A stretch of 64,000 nucleotides of DNA from Salibacteraceae bacterium (GCA_049606935.1 JBMYWA010000001.1:31904-95903); one strand, 5' to 3'; numbered from the stretch's first letter, positions 49,691-58,969 are shown. Numbers and translations: made by a program. The notes: generated by a model not told the origin, from the sequence alone.

Positions 49691-52123
49691 TTAAACAAAT
49701 AAGTCGGGGTATTTACCGGGATCACTTTCTCGCATTATTGCGTATGCTTTTTCTACCACGTCTTCTACAGAAGGCTTTGAAAAATAATCACCATCGGTTC
49801 CATAAGGAGGACGGTGCTCAAAAGCAGTTAAAGTACTTGGTTTAGAATCTAAATGGTAATATGCATTTTGAACCTCCATTAATTGTTGAAGAATAAAGGC
49901 AGAACCACCACCTGGAACGTCTTCATCAATAATTAATAACCTGTTGGTTTTCTTGATAGACTCTAAAATATCATGGTTCAAATCAAAAGGAAGCATGGTT
50001 TGAATATCAATTACCTCGATAGAAATACCCAACTCCAACAATTGCTTCGCTGCATCCTCTACCATTCTTACCATTGAACCATAAGTTACTACGGTAATAT
50101 CAGCGCCAGTTTTGATAACTTCTACCTGACCTAGAGGTATAGTAAATTCTCCAATGTTGGTTGGTTTTTTTTCTTTTAGCCTGTAACCATTTAAAGACTC
50201 AATTACAATAGCCGGATCATCTCCTTTCAGTAAGGTGTTATAAAAACCTGCAGCTTGGGTCATGTTTCTAGGAACACATACATGAACTCCACGAACGGAG
50301 TTTACAATGGTACCAAGAGGAGAACCTGAATGCCAAATTCCTTCTAATCTATGACCTCTGGTTCTAATAATTAATGGAGCTTTTTGTTTTCCTCCAGATC
50401 GGTATTGAACAGTAGCTAAATCATCAGAAATTACTTGGATAGCATACATGATGTAATCTAGGTACTGAATTTCAGCAATGGGTCTTAAACCTCTCATTGC
50501 CATTCCAATTCCTTGACCTACAATGGTCGTTTCTCTAATTCCTGTATCTGATACTCTTAATTCTCCAAATTTTTCTTGAAGCCCTTCTAACCCTTGATTA
50601 ACACCTCCAATTTTACCGGCATCTTCTCCAAAAATCATCGTTTCAGGAATGTGGGTAAAGATGTGTTCAAAATTATCTCTTAAAATTTCTCTACCATCAA
50701 CCGTTGGCGCATCATTGTCAAAAGTGGCAGGTACAGATTTTACGTTTAATGGGGAATTTTCAGATTCAGAATATGTGAATGAATGAAAAACTTCATTCAT
50801 TTTTTCTGAATTAGCGGAATACCAGTTCAATAATTGCGTTCTGGCTTCGCTGTTTTCATTCACTGAAAGACGAATTACTTTACGAACGGCTTGTGTTATC
50901 TCTCGCTGTAAAGCTTCATCTTCATTAGTTAATTCGGTAATTATTTTATCAATAAAAACTTTTTTAGAGCTGGAAGCAGAAATTCCATTTAGCAAACCTA
51001 AAACAGTTTTTTTAGTTTCTTGTATTGGATTGAAAAAATTGCTCCAAGCAGCAGTTTTGGCTTGTCTAACTGCTTTTTTTGCATCTTTCTCAATGGTTTC
51101 TAGTTCTTCGGTAGTGGCTATTTCTTTTTCAAGAATCCACTCTTTAAATTTCACAATTCCATCAAAATCTTTTTCCCATTGTAATCTATCTGCAGATTTG
51201 TAACGCTCATGAGATCCGGAAGTAGAGTGACCTTGTGGTTGAGTAACTTCTTCTACATGAACTAATACTGGGGTATGATTTTTTCTAGCTGTTTCAGCGG
51301 CTTTTTCATAGGTTAAACACAAATGTGCATAATCCCAACCTTTGGTACGGAAAATTTCCATTCCGTTGGTTCCTTGTTCTTTTTGAAACCCTTTTAAAGC
51401 TTCAGATATACTGGCTTTAGTGGTTTGATATTTCTTTTCAACTGAAATACCGTATCCATCATCCCAAACCGACATGACTACAGGTACCTCCAATACAGAA
51501 ACTGCATTTAAAGTTTCCCAAAAAGGACCTTCAGAGGTGGAGGCATCGCCAATGGAACCGAAAGCTATTTCATTTCCTTTATTTGAAAATTTTGCAAATT
51601 CAGGAGTATGTAATTCTGTATTGTTTCTGTAAAACTTTGAAGCTAAACCAAGGCCTAACAATCTAGGCATTTGACCAGCGGTGGGAGAGATGTCTGATGA
51701 GGAGTTTTTTTGACTCATCAAATCTTTCCAATTTCCATTCTCATCTAAACTATGGGTTGAAAAATGGCAATTCATTTGTCTTCCTGATGAGTTTGGATCT
51801 GCTTTTGGGTCAGGGTTAGCGTATAATTGACTAAAGAATTCTTCTAATGAAAGAACTCCCGCGGCCATCATCCATGTTTGATCACGGTAATAACCAGATC
51901 TAAAATCACCATTTTGGAATTGCTTTGCTAAGGCAATTTGAGGTATTTCTTTTCCATCTCCAAAAATTCCAAACTTTGCTTTTCCAGTAAGAACTTCTCT
52001 TCGTCCTAAAAGACTTGCTTGACGGCTTTCATTAGCAATTTTGAAATCATTTAAAATTTCATTTTTTAACTCTAAAGGAGTCATAACTTCTGCTTCAACT
52101 GAAGCGGTTTTAGCCTTTGCCAT
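49691..52123 (-). CDS. 2-oxoacid (branched-chain type) dehydrogenase E1, fused alpha/beta subunits
   Basis: GKAKFGIFGDGKE, GYYRD, GDASTSEG ThDP motif, GHSTSG, FGED, DTGIRE..I.G, AEIQYLDY. Confidence 0.92.
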   Translation of the reverse strand: MAKAKTASVEAEVMTPLELKNEILNDFKIANESRQASLLGRREVLTGKAKFGIFGDGKEIPQIALAKQFQNGDFRSGYYRDQTWMMAAGVLSLEEFFSQLYANPDPKADPNSSGRQMNCHFSTHSLDENGNWKDLMSQKNSSSDISPTAGQMPRLLGLGLASKFYRNNTELHTPEFAKFSNKGNEIAFGSIGDASTSEGPFWETLNAVSVLEVPVVMSVWDDGYGISVEKKYQTTKASISEALKGFQKEQGTNGMEIFRTKGWDYAHLCLTYEKAAETARKNHTPVLVHVEEVTQPQGHSTSGSHERYKSADRLQWEKDFDGIVKFKEWILEKEIATTEELETIEKDAKKAVRQAKTAAWSNFFNPIQETKKTVLGLLNGISASSSKKVFIDKIITELTNEDEALQREITQAVRKVIRLSVNENSEARTQLLNWYSANSEKMNEVFHSFTYSESENSPLNVKSVPATFDNDAPTVDGREILRDNFEHIFTHIPETMIFGEDAGKIGGVNQGLEGLQEKFGELRVSDTGIRETTIVGQGIGMAMRGLRPIAEIQYLDYIMYAIQVISDDLATVQYRSGGKQKAPLIIRTRGHRLEGIWHSGSPLGTIVNSVRGVHVCVPRNMTQAAGFYNTLLKGDDPAIVIESLNGYRLKEKKPTNIGEFTIPLGQVEVIKTGADITVVTYGSMVRMVEDAAKQLLELGISIEVIDIQTMLPFDLNHDILESIKKTNRLLIIDEDVPGGGSAFILQQLMEVQNAYYHLDSKPSTLTAFEHRPPYGTDGDYFSKPSVEDVVEKAYAIMRESDPGKYPDLFV

Positions 52124-52277
52124 ATTCGTCAAAAATTTTAGGTTTTACAGGTTGCAAAAGTAATGAATTTAAAGGATTTATTAAGGTATTGAAAATGATG
52201 TGAATGGTAGATTTTTTAACACGTTATGAATACTTCAAAAAGGGCCTTTTTTTACGTGTTGAATACGAGTTGATTAC

Positions 52278-52312
52278 AAAAAAAAAGAGGAGGTATTTTG
52301 GAATACCTCCTC
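52278..52312 (-). terminator. Intrinsic terminator of the padR-pspC operon
   Basis: GAGGAGGTATT-ttgg-AATACCTCCTC with T9 on the minus strand. Confidence 0.85.
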
Positions 52313-52352
52313 CATTAAAATGAACGAAAGACTTTACTTACTCAATAAATAA

Positions 52353-54071
52353 TTATTGAATTACTATAGAATGTTCTTCATCACCATCAGAAATGGTTAC
52401 TTCTAATTTTTCAATTTCCTCAATGGCTTCTTCTAAAGTTTTAGTTTGTTCTCGTTGCAAAATCTTTGGTGACACTAAACCAGAATCGGTCATCGTCCAA
52501 TACATATCCACCATATTTTTATCATAAGTGTCATGATAATTGTCAACATCATACAGCAGGTATTTGTACGTTTTTGGTATGAAAATTGTTTTTCCAGAAG
52601 GAAGGTACAGATTGATTTGAACTTCTTGATCTCTCCACTTATCGCCTTCTACTACATTAAAGTAAGGAGATATTTTTATGATATTAGAGTCTATTTCTGT
52701 TTGATACATAATGGAAGAGGCTAAAATGTCGGCTTTTTCAAAGCTGTTTCCTCTAGCTCCTTTAATAATCTCTAATTCGGCTATTTTAGATTTAGTGCTC
52801 AATACGTTGACCTCAATTCCATCAAGAGTTAAAATGCCATCATCCAATTTAAAGAATTGTAGGTTTCCAGTACTTCTAGTACTTTTATTAATTAAACCTT
52901 GATTATCTAAAATATCAAAATACAATGTATCTGATAAAGATTCGTTGACTTCAATGACTTCTGAAATGGAAGAGGCTTTGGTAAATTCTGATCCTGTACG
53001 TAAACCCCCAATGGCACAAAGTACTATTCCAAATACCCATATTCCCGCTAAAGCTAGGCCTGCATATCTAGGAGGGCGCATTCCAAAAAGTAAAGCAAAC
53101 CCTGCAAAAACAAGAGCCAAGAAAGGGACTCCAATCAAGAATATTCCTCCAATTAGTAGGAACCAAAAATCAAAACCCGAAGGAAAGAAGATGTGAGATA
53201 CTTCCATCATATTGTATCCTGCTGTGGTATTTCCGAAATCAAAGAACAAATTATTTAATGGCGTAAAAGTTCCAAAAATTAGCGTAAAAAGAATAATGCC
53301 TCCAAATAGGATGAAAAAGAATCCAAGTATTTTACCAATTGCTTTTATGGCAAACTTGAATATGCTTAGCAGGAATAACCCAATTTTTTCTAACCCTTTT
53401 TGTAACGACTTGGCATTATTCTGAACTCTACTTCCGTCTAAATTGTTGAGCTTTTTTTTTACATTTTGCATTTCTTCTTCTACGGTTTTGCCAATGTTTT
53501 CAAAAGTTACTGGCTCACCTTTCATGGCTAATTTTTCAGCAGAAGTTCTAGCCTCTGGCATAATAATCCATAGAATGATGTAGAATAGAAATCCGAATCC
53601 TAAGAATAAAACGGATAATACTAAGGCAAGTCTAAACCATACGGCATCTACTCCAAAATAATGCCCGGTACCCGCACAAACACCACCTAGCATACCCGAG
53701 TCGGTATCTCTAAATAATCTTCTTTTTATCTCTGGTTCTGCTGAGGAATGACTTTTTGATTGAGAATATGTTTTTGAAGATTTTGGAGATGGTTCTTCAT
53801 CCATATCTTCGGTGATATAATCTTCTGGTTCACCCATAATTGAGATTACCTCGTTAATATCATTTGAATTAACCACTTCTTTACCACCATGCATTTTTTC
53901 TGTTAGCATTTCGGCAATTCGTGATTCAATATCGGTCATGATTTCATCCCGACCTTCAGAGGTATCAAAATACCCGCGAATGGTGTCCAAATAGTTTTTA
54001 AGTACTACAAAAGCGTCATCGTCTATGTTAAAAACAAGTCCGCCTAAATTTATTGTTAATGTCTTTTTCAT
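52353..54071 (-). CDS. PspC-domain envelope-stress membrane protein (Bacteroidota long form)
   Basis: KTL.INL.G..F.ID.DA...L..YL, DIE.RIAE, PspC core RLFR...MLGGVCAG...YFG.D....R...YIILWI.MP.A; further TMs and a periplasmic domain. Confidence 0.9.
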   Translation of the reverse strand: MKKTLTINLGGLVFNIDDDAFVVLKNYLDTIRGYFDTSEGRDEIMTDIESRIAEMLTEKMHGGKEVVNSNDINEVISIMGEPEDYITEDMDEEPSPKSSKTYSQSKSHSSAEPEIKRRLFRDTDSGMLGGVCAGTGHYFGVDAVWFRLALVLSVLFLGFGFLFYIILWIIMPEARTSAEKLAMKGEPVTFENIGKTVEEEMQNVKKKLNNLDGSRVQNNAKSLQKGLEKIGLFLLSIFKFAIKAIGKILGFFFILFGGIILFTLIFGTFTPLNNLFFDFGNTTAGYNMMEVSHIFFPSGFDFWFLLIGGIFLIGVPFLALVFAGFALLFGMRPPRYAGLALAGIWVFGIVLCAIGGLRTGSEFTKASSISEVIEVNESLSDTLYFDILDNQGLINKSTRSTGNLQFFKLDDGILTLDGIEVNVLSTKSKIAELEIIKGARGNSFEKADILASSIMYQTEIDSNIIKISPYFNVVEGDKWRDQEVQINLYLPSGKTIFIPKTYKYLLYDVDNYHDTYDKNMVDMYWTMTDSGLVSPKILQREQTKTLEEAIEEIEKLEVTISDGDEEHSIVIQ

Positions 54072-54090
54072 CTTTTTAATAATTGCCAGG

Positions 54091-54423
54091 TTATTTACTT
54101 TGTTTTTGAGCAGACTTAACTGCCTTTTCTAATGCATTCCAGGTGGCGGAAAGTTCGTTGGTGAAAGTTTCTCCAATAGGAGTGAGGCTATAATATTTTC
54201 TTGGAGGTCCTGATGTTGACTCTTCCCATCTATATGTAAGGATACCTGCATTTTTTAATCTAGTGAGAAGCGGATAAAGTGTACCTTCCACAACAATTAA
54301 TTTTGACTCTTTTAGTTTCAAAATTATTTCTGACGGATATAATTCATTGTCTTTAATAAGCAACAAAATACAGTACTCTAACACCCCTTTTCGCATTTGT
54401 GCTTTTGTGTTTTCTATCTTCAT
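54091..54423 (-). CDS. PadR-family transcriptional regulator
   Basis: QMRKG.LE.CIL, EGTLYPLL.RL, W.ES..GPPRKYY.LT..G. Start moved to MKIEN at 54423. Confidence 0.95.
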   Translation of the reverse strand: MKIENTKAQMRKGVLEYCILLLIKDNELYPSEIILKLKESKLIVVEGTLYPLLTRLKNAGILTYRWEESTSGPPRKYYSLTPIGETFTNELSATWNALEKAVKSAQKQSK

Positions 54424-54454
54424 GCGATTGGTATTATTAAAATTTATTATTCGA

Positions 54455-54799
54455 TTATATAAAGTTGAAAAATAGCTTTCCAAATTCCGGTGTTTGGGAG
54501 CCGCTTTTCTTTGTTTTTTCGGTTTTGTTTTCTTCGGTAGAAGTTGATTCTAATTCTATAACTCTTGCATTGAGCTTGGATGATAATATTGATGTATTCA
54601 TAAATGAAACAAACAATAACTCATTATTAGATGATTTTTTAATGATCTTTAATTTATTAAAAACCAAAATTGATAAATCAGATTTGGTAATTGAATCACT
54701 AGAATCAAGCGAATAATAATGTGAAAATCCCTTGGTGTTTGCCTGTAAGGAGATGCTTGTTAAAATAAGCGTTACTAGTATTGTATAAAGTGTTTTCAT
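54455..54799 (-). CDS. Small secreted protein 1 with C-terminal TPEFGKLFFNFI tail
   Basis: Sec signal peptide (MKTLY...SLQA); C-terminus shared with 55098-55451. Confidence 0.75.
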   Translation of the reverse strand: MKTLYTILVTLILTSISLQANTKGFSHYYSLDSSDSITKSDLSILVFNKLKIIKKSSNNELLFVSFMNTSILSSKLNARVIELESTSTEENKTEKTKKSGSQTPEFGKLFFNFI

Positions 54800-54860
54800 C
54801 TGTCGTTATTATTAAAACCAAATGTATATAGTATTTTGTAATAGATATTAATTGGTTATG

Positions 54861-54901
54861 CAAATATATGTCTAAAAGAAGGTACTATGCAAAACATAGT
54901 A
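54861..54901 (-). promoter_or_regulatory. Primary-sigma promoter overlapped by a palindromic operator (probable PadR site)
   Basis: -7 TATATTTG (54861-54868) and -33 TTTG (54890-54893) 21 nt apart; palindrome TACTATG-caaaa-CATAGTA at 54883-54901 covers the -33 box. Confidence 0.65.
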
Positions 54902-54923
54902 GTGTATTTTTATTAGCATTTGT

Positions 54924-54954
54924 ATGAGTGGTATATAAAATTAGATGAGCGGTA
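54924..54954. promoter_or_regulatory. 21-bp-period direct repeat (LytTR-type activator site candidate)
   Basis: ATGAGTGGTA (54924-54933) and ATGAGCGGTA (54945-54954). Confidence 0.5.
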
Positions 54955-55047
54955 AGATGATGGTTTAGAGTTGTGGGTCTTGTAATTAACTAGTATGTAG
55001 GTTGTTGTAGGGTGTTCTCTACACGGTAATAAGAAAGAACAGGGAAT

Positions 55048-55073
55048 AAAAAAAGCGGCTAGTGCCGCTTTTT
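55048..55073 (-). terminator. Intrinsic terminator after small secreted protein 2
   Basis: GCGGC-tagt-GCCGC flanked by A7/T5. Confidence 0.75.
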
Positions 55074-55097
55074 ATTTCTAAATAATTACAGTAGGTG

Positions 55098-55451
55098 CTA
55101 AATAAAATTAAAGAAAAGCTTAATGAATTCTGGAGTGCTTTCGTATTGTTCTCTTGTGCTAACTCTAATTCGGTTACCGTATTCATCTACTCGAATTAGT
55201 TTATCCATTTTTCGTTTTAGCTCATTAGAAAAGTAGGCGCTGTTTGTTCTTGTGGTAACATAAACAACGGTTGCGGAACTATCTTTTTCTACAATTTGAA
55301 AACCTTGCTGCTTTAACTCAGTTATCTCGGAAGTGGTTATTTCGGAATTAAAATGACAAATAAAATATTCATGGTTATTTGACGAATTATCAGCAATGGC
55401 GAAAGAAACCATTCCGAATAAAACATAGAGGAGTGAAAAAACGGTTTTCAT
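55098..55451 (-). CDS. Small secreted protein 2 with C-terminal TPEFIKLFFNFI tail
   Basis: Start moved to MKTVF at 55451 (117 aa); Sec signal peptide ending AIA; C-terminus shared with 54455-54799. Confidence 0.75.
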   Translation of the reverse strand: MKTVFSLLYVLFGMVSFAIADNSSNNHEYFICHFNSEITTSEITELKQQGFQIVEKDSSATVVYVTTRTNSAYFSNELKRKMDKLIRVDEYGNRIRVSTREQYESTPEFIKLFFNFI

Positions 55452-55595
55452 AATATGCGAAATTTTTGTTCGTTTAGGCAACGTGAAATTACAGTTTTTT
55501 TTTGTTGCATTAAAAAAAATAATAATCGTTAACAATTTTTAAACTAATTCAATAATCCATTAGCGGATGCCAATAGATTTTATTCTTTTGTAAAT

Positions 55596-56156
55596 ATGCG
55601 CGTATTGCTTGTTGATAATTACGATTCATTTACTTTTAACTTGGTTCATTTAGTTGAACCATTGGTGGATGAATTGGTTGTTTGGCGTAATGACGAAATT
55701 ATTTTTGAAGATGTTGCATCTTTTGACAAAATAATATTTTCACCAGGGCCATCCTTACCTAGTCAAGCGGGCGATTTAATGAAATTGATAAAACAATTCT
55801 ATCAAACAATTCCAATGTTTGGTGTATGTTTAGGAATGCAAGCAATTCTAGAGAGTTTTGGAGGAGAATTAGAAAATTTGGAACCTGTACGTCATGGAAT
55901 GGTACAAAAAATAAAAGTTGTTCAAAAACAAATTTTTGAAGGTATGGCCACCAATCAAGAGGTAGGGCTTTATCATTCATGGGGTGTGACAAGTAAATTG
56001 CTCCCTGATTGTTTTAATAATTTGGCAACAGATATCGATGATGTAGTTATGGCATGCAGCCATAAAAAGTGGCGAATTGCTGGTGTTCAGTTTCATCCGG
56101 AATCTATTATGACACCTAATGGAGATGAAATAATAAATAATTGGATTAAAGAATAA
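55596..56156 (+). CDS. Anthranilate/aminodeoxychorismate synthase component II (class I glutamine amidotransferase, TrpG/PabA)
   Basis: DNYDSFTFNL, SPGP, GVCLG, HG, YHS, QFHPES; Cys-His-Glu triad intact. Confidence 0.92.
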   Translation: MRVLLVDNYDSFTFNLVHLVEPLVDELVVWRNDEIIFEDVASFDKIIFSPGPSLPSQAGDLMKLIKQFYQTIPMFGVCLGMQAILESFGGELENLEPVRHGMVQKIKVVQKQIFEGMATNQEVGLYHSWGVTSKLLPDCFNNLATDIDDVVMACSHKKWRIAGVQFHPESIMTPNGDEIINNWIKE

Positions 56157-56162
56157 TTTACG

Positions 56163-57224
56163 ATGGATTCATTTACAGAATTAATTGAAAAGGAGTTTTA
56201 CAGTAACACCATAGGAAGTTGGGCAATTAGTTTGATCTTGGTTTTTGGGGCGGTAATATTAGCTCGAATTATTTATTGGTTTTTAAATAGAGTAGTATCC
56301 AGGGTTACAGAAAAAACAAGTTCCCGTATGGATGATATTATTTTGCATTCTTCAAAAGAACCCATTGTTTTTATTGTTGCTTTATTAGCAAGTTGGTACG
56401 GGCTGCAACGTTTAAACTTTAGCCAAGAAATGGATGAATTGTTCAATGCCGTTTATTATTTTCTCATTTCTATTGGTGTAACTTGGTTATTGGCTAGAGT
56501 ATTGGATAGTTTGGTAGAGAACTACTTAGTTCCGTTAGCCGAAAAAACAGAAAGTGATTTTGATAATCAATTATTGCCTATTGTTCAAAAGGGTACGCGA
56601 TCTATTATTTGGATTTTAGGAATAATTGTAGCCCTTAATAATGCAGGATATAATGTAAGTGCAATTATTGCAGGTATGGGTATTGGAGGTTTGGCCTTTG
56701 CTATGGCAGCCAAGGACACCATATCAAACATTTTTGGTGGGTTCACCATATTTACAGATAAACCTTTTAAAATTAACGACAGAATAAAAATAAGTGGGTT
56801 TGATGGTACTGTGGTTGAAATTGGGTTAAGAAGTACACGGTTAAGAACTTTGGAGAATAGAATTGTTACTATTCCAAATTCACAGTTCACAGGCGGATTG
56901 GTAGAGAATGTTTCGGTTGAACCAACAAGAAAAGTAATATTAAATTTGGGTTTAATTTATGATACCACCCCAGAGCAAATGCAAAAGGCAATTGATTTGT
57001 TGACCGAAATTCATGATGGCATTCCTGAATTACATGCAAATAAGAGCATTGGTTTTACCGATTTTGGAGATTTCTCGCTAGGGATAACTTACATCTATTT
57101 TATAAATAAAGGCGAAGACATTTTAGGAGTTAAAACAAAACTAAACTTACGCATTTTGAGTGAGTTCAATAAAAATGGTTTGGAAATGGCATTCCCTACT
57201 CAAACCATTTATACGAAGCCTTAA
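56163..57224 (+). CDS. Small-conductance mechanosensitive channel (MscS family)
   Basis: G.GIGGLA.A.AA.DT.SN.FGG, PF...DRI, G.V..IGLRST, IPNS, AFPTQT. Confidence 0.93.
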   Translation: MDSFTELIEKEFYSNTIGSWAISLILVFGAVILARIIYWFLNRVVSRVTEKTSSRMDDIILHSSKEPIVFIVALLASWYGLQRLNFSQEMDELFNAVYYFLISIGVTWLLARVLDSLVENYLVPLAEKTESDFDNQLLPIVQKGTRSIIWILGIIVALNNAGYNVSAIIAGMGIGGLAFAMAAKDTISNIFGGFTIFTDKPFKINDRIKISGFDGTVVEIGLRSTRLRTLENRIVTIPNSQFTGGLVENVSVEPTRKVILNLGLIYDTTPEQMQKAIDLLTEIHDGIPELHANKSIGFTDFGDFSLGITYIYFINKGEDILGVKTKLNLRILSEFNKNGLEMAFPTQTIYTKP

Positions 57225-57227
57225 AGG

Positions 57228-58004
57228 TTAGGAAGCATCTGGAAGAATAGTGTATTCAAAGGTTACACGATCGTCATATCCGAGAGGATAGGCATGATGT
57301 TTTTGTTTACCTCGAATACCTACATGGAAAGAAATATCTTTACCCAAATCACTTTGCTTTATTTGGTACTGGATGACATTTCCTGATTGCCATTTTTGGC
57401 GAAATAACCGAAATTCTAAATCTTCATCTTTTGGATGGGTGGCCAAGACCACAAACTCTAAGGTGTCTCCAACCGATAGAGATAGTTGAGTTCTTAGCTT
57501 TTTGGGCGAACCCACCGTCCATAGGTTAGCAAAATTATCTTGTACTGAATCAATAACCGGAAACCCATCTTTACCAACTTCTTTCCATGTGCGATAAACA
57601 GCAATATTGTTTCTAATAGTTCCAGTAACTCCTAAAATAAAATGTTTTTCAAAACTTAATAACGGTCGGTTAAATGCGTCTGGATTTTGAAACTTTTGCA
57701 GTGTTTTTAAATAGGCTCTTAAACTATCCAACTCTCCAAAAGCCACCTCAAACTGATTGTTCCAATGTGTTTCAATTATTATAGCTAAATCTAAAAAGTT
57801 ACAATAATTCAAAAGCCTACCTTCGGTAGTTAATGGGTTAAATTCCTCTTCATATTGAAGTCTTGTGGTGTTCAACTCTTTTAAACGTTCGGATTTCAAT
57901 CCACTTTCAGACATCCAATTTTTGCCCCAGTTTTCGGAGATAATCATGGAAACAAAATCTTTCAATATCATTTCTGTGTCTAATAACGTTTGTCGAATAT
58001 CCAT
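57228..58004 (-). CDS. Swt1-like HEPN-domain protein with degenerate Rx4H motif and a beta-rich C-terminal domain
   Basis: E..L..FV......WG..W, L.Y..F.DL..II...W..F...F helical pattern; QNPDAF at the usual R-x4-H position. Confidence 0.55.
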   Translation of the reverse strand: MDIRQTLLDTEMILKDFVSMIISENWGKNWMSESGLKSERLKELNTTRLQYEEEFNPLTTEGRLLNYCNFLDLAIIIETHWNNQFEVAFGELDSLRAYLKTLQKFQNPDAFNRPLLSFEKHFILGVTGTIRNNIAVYRTWKEVGKDGFPVIDSVQDNFANLWTVGSPKKLRTQLSLSVGDTLEFVVLATHPKDEDLEFRLFRQKWQSGNVIQYQIKQSDLGKDISFHVGIRGKQKHHAYPLGYDDRVTFEYTILPDAS

Positions 58005-58078
58005 ATAGAAGGTATTTTATTCAAGCCTTTGTTACAAACATAATTATATTTTAGCGCTATAATCATAGTTTAATAGGA

Positions 58079-58969
58079 ATGAAACATTTTTTAGTTCTGG
58101 TAGTTGTTTTTTTGTCAAGCATGGGTTTTAGCCAGTGCATTGATGGCGACTGTTTTAATGGGTATGGAAAGTTTAAATGTGATTGTGGTTATGTGTTTGA
58201 AGGTGATTTTATTAATGGAGAACGTGTTTATGGAACCCTAACAAAAAGTGATTTGGTGTATACTGGTGAGTTCAAAAATGAGTTAGCTCATGGCTTTGGC
58301 AAGATTGTGTATGCAGATAGTACATGGTATGAAGGAACATTCAAAGAAAATATGCCTTGGGGGTTTGGTACTTTCTTTTTCTCAGACACGCTTAGGTATG
58401 TAGGCGAGATTAAAAACAATGAGTTCGTGGGGTATGGAACAATGTATTTTACATCAACGAATAAAAATCACAACCAGGTTGAATTAGGCCAGTTTAAAGC
58501 TGATCAGTTAAACGGCTTTGCATTTGTGAAAAATCATACAAACGCTTTTTATTTTGGCTTTTATGAAGATGGTTTACGTCAAGGGTTTGGCTTAAAATAT
58601 GACTCGGAGGCTAAAACTCTTGAATTAGGTGAATTTCATAAAAATAGGGGAAAGAAACAGAATGTTGTTGAGAATATTACTGAAGCAGATAGTCTAACTA
58701 AACGAAAAATAAAAATTAAAAGATCCGTATACAGCGTTGTTTTTGATAATGATTTGGAGTTTTTGAAGATTACAAAGTCTACCACAGGAAAGGCAGATTT
58801 TGTAGCAATTTATGATAATGATTTGAAGCATCTTTACATATCGTCAAAAGAATCTGTTTTAGATGGGGTTGTTATTAATATGGAGGGAGAGTTATTTGAT
58901 GCAGCTATCGACTCTGTTGATGAAGGTATTGTTCAAATTAAAAATCAAAAGTGCAAAAAATTGAAATGA
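58079..58969 (+). CDS. MORN-repeat exported protein
   Basis: Signal peptide, QC..GDC.NGYG, repeated Y.GEF......G.G. Confidence 0.85.
   Translation: MKHFLVLVVVFLSSMGFSQCIDGDCFNGYGKFKCDCGYVFEGDFINGERVYGTLTKSDLVYTGEFKNELAHGFGKIVYADSTWYEGTFKENMPWGFGTFFFSDTLRYVGEIKNNEFVGYGTMYFTSTNKNHNQVELGQFKADQLNGFAFVKNHTNAFYFGFYEDGLRQGFGLKYDSEAKTLELGEFHKNRGKKQNVVENITEADSLTKRKIKIKRSVYSVVFDNDLEFLKITKSTTGKADFVAIYDNDLKHLYISSKESVLDGVVINMEGELFDAAIDSVDEGIVQIKNQKCKKLK

Noticed and set aside
54424-54483. Apparent overlap of padR with the mini-protein tail (alternative explanation for the tail's conservation)
   Set aside because: PadR homology begins at MKIEN (54423), and the second copy of the tail at 55098 overlaps nothing, so dual coding does not explain it.
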